Below are positions 1 through 7,580 of a stretch of DNA of 8,845 nt, in pieces. A program made the position numbers and the translations under genes. How positions within the stretch are numbered: position 1 is the stretch's first letter; each line of letters starts with the position of its first letter. The notes beneath the pieces are model-generated. The model made no database searches. It worked only from the letters and a program-made list of their open reading frames with translations, and was not told the origin of the DNA. This DNA is from Thecamonas trahens ATCC 50062 (Eukaryota > Protista > Apusomonadida), in the NCBI RefSeq assembly GCF_000142905.1, contig NW_013657583.1, positions 1 through 8,845 of the forward strand, in the 5' to 3' direction.

Positions 1-93
1 AATTGGCACGGTGATCCACGTGTACAAGAGCGCCGTCCGATAGCCCGCGTACACACGAGATCAAGGTGAGAATTGGGCGCTCAGAGGGCGCCC

Positions 94-111
94 CGTCGTC
101 GTCGTCGTCGT
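94..111 (+). repeat. (CGT)6 microsatellite
   Basis: cgtcgtcgtcgtcgtcgt seen directly. Confidence 0.85.
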
Positions 112-297
112 CGCGCATCGTCGATCGGAGAGCCGACTGTGTCGAGGCCATCAGAGCGAGGTGGCAGCCGCTTTGATTCGCTCCGCGTCGCATGGCTGTT
201 GCCTACGGCCCGTACAACGGTGAGCAGACGAGTCTGGCGGCTACCCTCAGTGAGCTTGCTACTGCGCGATCGTCGCGGGGGCGGCCTCGTCGCCACG

Positions 298-914
298 CGG
301 CGCGAGATGGAGGCAGTGTTGGAGGCTGGCGGGCCGATGGCGCTCAGCGGGTACACGCGGGTGATGGCCAACGTCTTGCTGCCACATGTGATCTACGCGC
401 GCATCGGCTCCGGGCCGCTGGAGGAGCTCCTTGCCGAGGCCTTTCTCGTGGGCGGCCGCACGATCGGTCGTTGCAGCGGGAGCAGAAGCGGGCTGGCCGG
501 GCTCGGACGCCGCTGTTAGCTGAGCTCGGGCTCGGGCCTCGATCACGTGTGGGCGCTGAGCATCAAGCTGGCACTGGCGCGTGCGCTCGCCGAGGTCCAC
601 TCGATCACGGGCGGCGGGCACGACGTGGTGGTGGACCACAAGAGCGAACGGATGGTCATCAAGAGCAACCGGGGGACGATGGCGGTGGTGCCATCGGTGG
701 CGTACATGGCGCCGGAGCAGCTGCGCGGAGCCGATGAGGGTTTGAGGGCGACATGTTCACCTTTGGCACGCTCCTCTACGAGATGCTCATGCGGGCGCCG
801 GCGTTTGATGGCAGCAATGCCATGGGGGTCGGCCGTCAGGTCCTCACCAGCAACGCTGCTAGTGCGATGGCGGGTGATTCATCCGGCGGTGTTGGTCGGT
901 CGATCCGCTGGTGA
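298..914 (+). pseudogene. Degenerate eukaryotic protein kinase (TKL-like) relic or pseudokinase
   Basis: One frame gives REMEAVLE...GSGPLEELL (III-V like), TAG 517-519, WALSIKLALARALAEVHS (VIa like), VAYMAPEQL (VIII). After a frameshift near 738-740: GDMFTFGTLLYEMLMRAPAFDG (IX-X), TGA 912-914. No HRD or DFG motif. 5' limit uncertain. Confidence 0.68.
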
Positions 915-997
915 GGCCCATGGCGCAGGAGGCTGCAGATGTGCTGGCGGCAGCGAGGATGCGGACGCGGTGCTGGGGGGAGTAAAGGCGGTGGGTG

Positions 998-1930
998 TTA
1001 TGGGTGGCGGCGGAGGATGATGGGGGGGCGGTTGGAGAATACGGTGAGGAGGCGGTTGGGGTCGGAGGGGTGGGGGATGGAGAGGCCGGTGTGGTTGGCA
1101 ATGGTGATGCGAGTGGAGTTGTTGCGTGGGTGGGTGGAGGTGGAGCAGAGGGCGTGGAGCGAAAAGGGGAGGGAGTGGCGGGCGTGGAGGGCGTAGCCGG
1201 TGGGGGAGGGGTGCCACTCGAACGTCTCGTCGGAATCTGAGTGGGAGGCCAGGACGGGCAGCTGGCCATCCGCACTCGGCAGCGCAATCACACCCCGCAC
1301 ACTGTAGGTGTGGCCCTCCAGCACCTCACAGGAGGCATTGTCCGCGGTGTACCGCATGGCACCCATCTCGTCGTCCGCAGCATGCCACACCCGGATCGTG
1401 TCTTCCCACGACCACGAGACCAGGACAGGCAGCTGGCCATCCGCACTCGGCAGCGCAATCACACCATGCACATCGTCGGTGTGGCCCTCCAGCACCTCAC
1501 AGGAGGCACTGTCCGCGGTGTACCGCATGGCGCCCATCCCGTCGTCCGCAGCATGCCACACCCGGATCGTCCTGTCCCGCGACCACGAGACCAGGACCGG
1601 CAGCTGGCCATCTGTACTCGGCAGCGCAATCACACCCTCCACACCGCTGGTGTGGCCCTCCAGCACCTCACAGGAGTCCCTGTCCGCGGTGTACCGCATG
1701 GCGCCCGTCCCGTCGTCCGCAGCATGCCACACCCGGATCGTACTGTCCCACGACCACGAGACCAGGACAGGCAGCTGGCCATCCGCACTCGGCAGCGCAA
1801 TCACACCCTCCACATCGTCGGTGTGGCTCTCCAGCACCTCACAGGAGGCACTGTCCGCGGTGTACCGCATGGCGCCCGTCCCGTCGTACGCAGCATGCCA
1901 CACCCGGATCGTGTTGTCTCTCTCGACCAC
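998..1930 (-). other. Out-of-frame C-terminal part of the NLR (WD40 units 13-17 plus unique tail)
   Basis: 310-aa ORF continues the same repeat in a different frame; not an independent gene. Confidence 0.85.
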
Positions 1931-4900
1931 GAGACCAGGACAGGCAGCTGGCCATCCGCACTCGGCAGCGCAATCACACCCTCCACACCGTAGATGTGGC
2001 CCACCAGCACCTCACAGGAGGCCCTGTCCGCGGTGTACCGCATGGCGCCCGTCCCGTCGTCCGCAGCATGCCACACCCGGATCGTCCTGTCCCACGACCA
2101 CGAGACCAGGACAGGCAGCTGGCCATCCGCACTTGGCAGCGCAATCACACCCTTCACATACTCGGTGTGGCCCTCCAGTACCTCACAGGAGGCACTGTCC
2201 GCGGTGTACCGCATGGCGCCCTCTCCGTCGTCGGCAGCATGCCACACCCGGATCGTCCTGTCCCACGACCACGAGACCAGGACAGGCAGCTGGCCATCCG
2301 CACTCGGCAGCGCAATCACACCCCGCACATACTCGGTGTGGCCCTCCAGCACCTCGCAGGAGGCATTGTCCGCGGTGTACCGCATGGCGCCCGTCCCGTC
2401 GTCTGCAGGATGCCACACCCGGATCGTCTTGTCGGCCGACCACGAGACCAGGACAGGCAGCTGGCCATCTGCACTCGGCAGCGCAATCACACCATGCACC
2501 CTGCTGGTGTGGCCCTCCAGCACCTCACAGGAGGCAGTGTCCGCGGTGTACCGCATGGCCTCCGTCCCGTCGTCCGCAGGATGCCACACCCGGATCGTCC
2601 TGTCTTCCGACCACGAGACCAGGACCGGCAGCTGGCTGTCCGCACTCGGCAGCGCAATCACACCCTGCACATCGCTGGTGTGGCCCTCCAGTACCTCACA
2701 GGAGGCACTGTCCGCGGTGTACCGCATGGCGCCCGTCCCGTCGTCCACAGGATGCCACACCCGGATCGTCTCGTCCTCCGACCACGAGACCAGGACAGGC
2801 AGCTGGCCATCCGCACTCGGCAGCACAATCACACCCCGCACCCTGCTGGTGTGGCCCTCCAGCACCTCACAGGAGGCATTGTCCGCGGTGTACCGCATGG
2901 CGCCCGTCCCGTCGTCCGCAGCATGCCACACCCGGATCGTCCTGTCCCACGACCACGAGACCAGGACAGGCAGCTGGCCATCCGCACTCGGCAGCGCAAT
3001 CACACCATGCACCCTGCTGGTGTGGCCCTCCAGCACCTCACAGGAGGCAGTGTCCGCGGTGTACCGCATGGCCTCCGTCCCGTCGTCCGCAGGATGCCAC
3101 ACCCGGATCGTCCTGTCCTCCGACCACGAGACCAGGANNNNNNNNNNNNNNNNNNNNNNNNNNNNNNNNNNNNNNNNNNNNNNNNNNNNNNNNNNNNNNN
3201 NNNNNNNNNNNNNNNNNNNNNNNNNNNNNNNNNNNNNNNNNNNNNNNNNNNNNNNNNNNNNNNNNNNNNNNNNNNNNNNNNNNNNNNNNNNNNNNNNNNN
3301 NNNNNNNNNNNNNNNNNNNNNNNNNNNNNNNNNNNNNNNNNNNNNNNNNNNNNNNNNNNNNNNNNNNNNNNNNNNNNNNNNNNNNNNNNNNNNNNNNNNN
3401 NNNNNNNNNNNNNNNNNNNNNNNNNNNNNNNNNNNNNNNNNNNNNNNNNNNNNNNNNNNNNNNNNNNNNNNNNNNNNNNNNNNNNNNNNNNNNNNNNNNN
3501 NNNNNNNCGCAATCACACCCCGCACACTGTTGGTGTGGCCCTCCAGCACCTCGCAGGAGGCAGTGTCCGCGGTGTACCGCATGGCCTCCGTCCCGTCGTC
3601 CGCAGGATGCCACACCCGAATCGTGTTGTCCCACGACCACGAGACCAGGACAGGCAGCTGGCCATCCGCACTCGGCAGCGCAATCACACCATGCACCCTG
3701 CTGGTGTGGCCCTCCAGCACCTCACAGGAGGCATTGTCCGCGGTGTACCGCATGGCGCCCGTCCCGTCGTCCGCAGCATGCCACACCCGGATCGTCCTGT
3801 CCCACGACCACGAGACCAGGACAGGCAGCTGGCCATCCGCACTCGGCAGCGCAATCACACCCTCCACATCGTCGGTGTGGCCCTCCAGCACCTCGCAGGA
3901 GGCAGTGTCCGCGGTGTACCGCATGGCCTCCGTCCCGTCGTCCGCAGGATGCCACACCCGGATCGTGTTGTCCCCCGACCACGAGACCAGGACAGGCAGC
4001 TGGCCATCCGCACTCGGCAGCGCAATCACACCCCGCACACTGTTGGTGTGGCCCTCCAGCACCTCCACGCGTTCACCAGTTTGCACGTCCAGTACGTCCA
4101 CATTCTTCCAACATCCACCAGCAACCAGCGAGCCACTGATGTTGATGACATTGCCGGACGAGCCATCAAAGCGAAAGCGCTCAGCACCACGATGCGCAAC
4201 AGGGTCCACAGCTCTCGATGGAATGAGAGCCCCAGACGGGACATCTTCGCTCACAGCAGCAACCAGGTCCTTCACCGCTTTGGACGCGTTGTTATAGGCA
4301 AGTCGCGCAACGAGCTCGGTTTCGATTTGCGACTTGCCCTTCTCAATGATGTCGCGTGAGAGCGACAGCGCACGCTCGACCTCGTCAACGTCTTTGGCTC
4401 CTTCACATCCGAGGCGCACAACACAACGCAGATCGTTGAGGAGGCCACTAAGCGAGTCGTTTGCGCGGGCTTTCATCCATGGCCAGGAGAGAGCAACCGC
4501 AACGGCGGCATGGTTCGCTCCGGCTGCAATCATGTGCGAAATACCGTGGGTGACGATCCAGTCGGAGGCAGTATCAGATGTCATGGCCTTCGCAGCGGTA
4601 TGCGGCGTGGCGCCAGACGGAGGCAGCCCGGCGACAACGGCGAGATGACGGGCAGGAAGGGAAGGGATGTCGTCAAAGCATACCTCAAGCTGATGGCGAA
4701 TGTACTCGAGGTGCAGATCGTGCATCTCGATTACGGTTATGGCCCCGCCATCCGTGGCAACGACGCGCAGCAACGACGTGTTGGCGAGGGCATCGAGGGA
4801 CCTAGCAAACTTGATATTGCTTGCGTCGATCGCGGAGCGGAAGTTGGCGACGTCGATGGGCGCGTCTGATGGAAAGACGGCGAGCATGGCGTAAATAGTC

Positions 4901-6606
4901 AGCGCCACCTTGCGGACACGCTTGGGGATGGCACCGCTGAGGGTCCAAGTGATGATGTCAAAGATGCGGGCGTACTTGGCGTCCGATCCGCCGCAATCAT
5001 CGCGGTGCTCATCCATGGCAAGCTCAGTTGCATCTGCAGCGTCCTCAACAGCGTCGTCAAGCGCAGCCTCGCCAGAAATGGACGAGCCAAGGACGGCGAG
5101 GGCGAGGGCATGGCCACGGCAAAAGGTCGCGAGGGAGACGATGCGGGAATCGTTGAGAGCAAGGGTGTTTGCCCACTCAGGTGAGCCCTTGGCGAGGTAG
5201 TTGCGAAGGACAACAGCAGCGTCGTCCGGGCCAAAGGTGCCAAGCTTGATGGAGGAGGTGGTGTTGGTAGCAACAGCGGCGTTGCGCGAGGTGACGAGGA
5301 TGGCATGCGGGGCTGCGATGTGGTTGGTGAAGACGGAGGCCTGGCGGGTGGTCCACGCATCGTCGAGGATGAGCAGGATGCGGGTGCCGGCGGCGGCAAG
5401 GGACCGGGTCTTGGCAGCAAGGATACGTTGGAGGTCGTCGAGGTTGGCCTGAGTATCGACTGTGCAGCTCAGACCCTGCTTGAGAAAGTAAGACATGCGG
5501 CTGGTAAGAGCTGGGTTGGACGTATTGTCCTCACCAAGCGAGAGCCAGAAGACGGAGAAGACCGAAGTAATGGCGGGATGGATGGCGACATCGGCAGCGA
5601 GTGACGACTTGCCGACGCCACCGAGCCCGTTGACACCGACGACTGAGACGTTGTTCGCACCAAGAAGGACATTAATGACCGCATCACGAGTGTCAGGGAG
5701 CGGGTGGTATTCGGGTGGATTGAATGGCGGCGGCATGAGTAAAGGCAAACGCTCAATAGAGCAAGAGTCGCGCAAGACAGCGACGACAGCGTCTGCAACG
5801 CGGGAGACGAGATCGGAAAAGCTGTCGTGGCCGTTACGGTCGCCCTGGACGCACCCCCACTCAGGCAGCGAGTGTATGAGCTTGACTCGTTCACAGCGCG
5901 AGGAGTACCATGCTTTCACGTTCAGGTCCTCAGAGTGTTCAGCCTTGTGGACAGCACCCTTGGCGTGAGCAAGATCACCAAAGGCAGCGATAAGGTCAGG
6001 GCCAATCCAAGCCTTAGCCTGCTCCTCATGCACGGCGCCGGTGACACGCTCAATGACGTCGGCATCAGCGAGCCGGGCATCCCCCCAAACGCTATTGAAC
6101 GGCAAGGCTTCATGCATGAAGACAGGGATGATGACGGGGTTATTGTCGAGGGCAAAGCGCACCTCTTCCATGGCAAAGCCCGAGGCGAGGAGATAGGGCG
6201 AGACTGAAATAACAATGATGCGTGAGCCCTCAAGTAGGGCATGCACGTCGTCCATGCCACTGCACCTGACGCCGAACCAGTCCAGCCTGTCCACAAACGC
6301 CCTGACACCACGTCGTAAGAGCTCCCGCCGAACGTCGATCATGAAAGCCTTGTCGTGCGAGCCATGCGCGAGAAATACGTCATACTTCTTGATGGGGGGC
6401 GGCTTGATCGTAGAAGATGGAGCGGCTGGTGACGATGACGTCGCTTCAATTTGCATGTTCTGAGGGACTGCGGAGGAAGGGGTGGCCGAGCTGGCCGAGC
6501 TGGCGTTGGCGGGGGGGTGCGGGCGGGGGCGCTTGGCAGAACCCTGCTGCACTGGTGCGTGTGCAGGGCGCGGGGGGTCCCCTGTGTCCCCTGGGGCGGG
6601 GTCCAT
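998..6606 (-). CDS. TIR - NB-ARC - WD40-repeat STAND/NLR-like protein (about 1868 aa if frame is restored; as given, frameshifted at 1917-1924 and ending at the 1801 stop, about 1601 aa)
   Basis: ORFs 1801..6963 and 998..1930 join once 2 extra bases are removed. Motifs in order: TIR YDVFLAH...AFVD...IPVF; Walker A GLGGVGKS; Walker B ILLILDDAW; ILVTSR; CRGHALAL; MHD; GH...SxDxTIRVW repeats; TAA at 998-1000. Start chosen at ATG 6606 (MDPAPG) because the upstream in-frame stretch looks non-coding. Confidence 0.9.
1250..4065 (-). repeat. Tandem array of 171-bp units encoding 57-aa WD40 repeats (15 unit starts visible, 17 if gap size is right)
   Basis: Anchor gtggccctcc (EGH) or a one-base variant at 1310, 1481, 1652, 1823, 1996, 2167, 2338, 2509, 2680, 2851, 3022, 3535, 3706, 3877, 4048. 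Spacing is 171 except 173 (frameshift) and 513 across the gap. Confidence 0.97.
3138..3507. other. Assembly gap / undetermined bases (370 N)
   Basis: Run of N inside the repeat array. Confidence 0.99.
4200..4699 (-). other. Apaf-1-like helical domain/linker between NB-ARC and WD40
   Basis: WIVTHGISHMIAAG...VALSWPWMKAR...LLNDL resembles the post-MHD helical region of Apaf-1-type NB-ARC-WD40 proteins; position fits. Confidence 0.55.
4700..5700 (-). other. NB-ARC (AP-ATPase) domain with winged helix
   Basis: VVGVNGLGGVGKS (P-loop 5605-5628), VFWLSLG (RNBS-A-like), ILLILDDAW (5353-5379), ILVTSR (5284-5301), CRGHALAL (GLPL-like, GHAL at 5104-5115), LAVFPSD (RNBS-D-like), MHD (4717-4725). Boundaries approximate. 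Confidence 0.92.
5770..6387 (-). other. TIR domain
   Basis: KYDVFLAHGSHDKAFMIDVRRELLRRGVRAFVD (betaA-alphaA-betaB), IIVISVSPYLLASGFAMEEVRFAL (betaC/alphaC; Glu at 6163-6165 aligns with SxWCxxEL), VIIPVF (betaD), DLVSRVADAVVAVL (alphaE). Boundaries approximate. Confidence 0.88.
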
Positions 6607-7262
6607 GGGCACAGTGAGAGGTGTGCGGAGTGTGCGTTGCGTGTGACGGCGAGGGCGACAGTCGGCATTTGGGCGATTTTTTGGATATCGGGCGAGTGCC
6701 GGGGGAAGGGCCGGGGGAGAAGGTATGATTATTTCAATGAGAGTTAATTGATGGGGATGGGCATGATTAGTTGAACGAGAAATGATTGATGTGGCGATGG
6801 TGGGGCCAGGGGGGGTGCATGCAAGCAAGAAGGGTGTGTAGTTGGGCAAAAAGAAGAAAGAATGCGTTACTCGGTATTCCCGTGTGGTCCCCCACCACAG
6901 TACTAACCAAGCCTCATGCTGCTTGACTTCCGAGAGCGAGACGGGATCGGGTATTTTCAGCATAGGATGAACGCATTCGCTGTAAGAGTGTGCGTGTGGT
7001 AGTCATGTGGTGGAGGGCGAGGGCGCAGAGCGGTCGCAGAATGGGTTCCGACCAGGAGATGGCGATCGGGTGATTGAGGCAAGATGTGGCTGCTTCCGGC
7101 GCGATGCGGCTGTGAGTGGACTCTGATCTGTGAGTGGAATAGAGGTGCTTGCATTGCTGAGTCTCACCTTGTTCGGTTCCTTCTCTGCGATGTGGCGAGA
7201 ACCACAGCTCGCCGACGTCCACGGCCTCCGTACGTACATGCACAACTGCGCTGACAACCATC

Positions 7263-7580
7263 ATGGACTTTGAATCTCAAGGTCACCTCGGCTTTGTTGA
7301 CTCGATCGAGGATGCGCTCGAGACGCTTCCGGAGAGCCCGGCCGTTACCTTCTCCAACAACGTCTACGGCGTTTGGCGCGGTAGCGATCAGACGGCCGAC
7401 GGCGTTGTGGCTGCGGTGGCGTACAAGCGCCGCGACCTTGTGGCGATCAAGGTCGGTGGCTGCCCAAACGACAAGAACATCACTAGCAAGGCGTTGATTG
7501 CCATCGGCGGGTCATGCACCTTGCTCAAGTTGGTGGATGCATCGAGAACCGTGGCTGTGACCGACCAGTGGCCAGGGTGA
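7263..7580 (+). CDS. Hypothetical protein or gene fragment (105 aa)
   Basis: ATG in accATCATGG context, many G/C-ending codons, ordinary globular composition; no family recognised. Confidence 0.3.
   Translation: MDFESQGHLGFVDSIEDALETLPESPAVTFSNNVYGVWRGSDQTADGVVAAVAYKRRDLVAIKVGGCPNDKNITSKALIAIGGSCTLLKLVDASRTVAVTDQWPG

Noticed and set aside
859-1287. Pro/Thr-rich and Gly/Val-rich ORFs
   Set aside because: Off-frame readings of the strand-skewed NLR 3' end.
1290-4050. Diversity-generating retroelement mutagenesis (some variable codons resemble AAC/AAT derivatives)
   Set aside because: Other variants (GAG, AGG, CGG/CAT, TGG/GCC) need non-adenine changes; no reverse transcriptase or separate template repeat in the window.
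1250-4065. CRISPR array or 171-bp alpha-satellite
   Set aside because: No unique spacers or cas genes. The unit is GC-rich and codes in frame for WD40, so the length match to alpha-satellite is coincidental.
1126-4359. Long plus-strand ORFs in all three frames over the array
   Set aside because: Antisense shadows of a GC-rich unit that is almost stop-free on the plus strand, extended through Ns; no recognisable protein.
6388-6606. N-terminal amyloid signalling motif as in fungal NLRs
   Set aside because: No G/N/Q-rich pseudo-repeat or RHIM-like pattern; the region is Pro-rich.
4334-6747. Short overlapping ORFs within the NLR body
   Set aside because: Alternative-frame or antisense by-products of GC-rich coding sequence.
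6607-6963. 119-aa in-frame extension from ATG 6963
   Set aside because: Composition changes (more AT-rich, homopolymer runs) and the peptide looks non-coding; more likely UTR or promoter, though not excluded.
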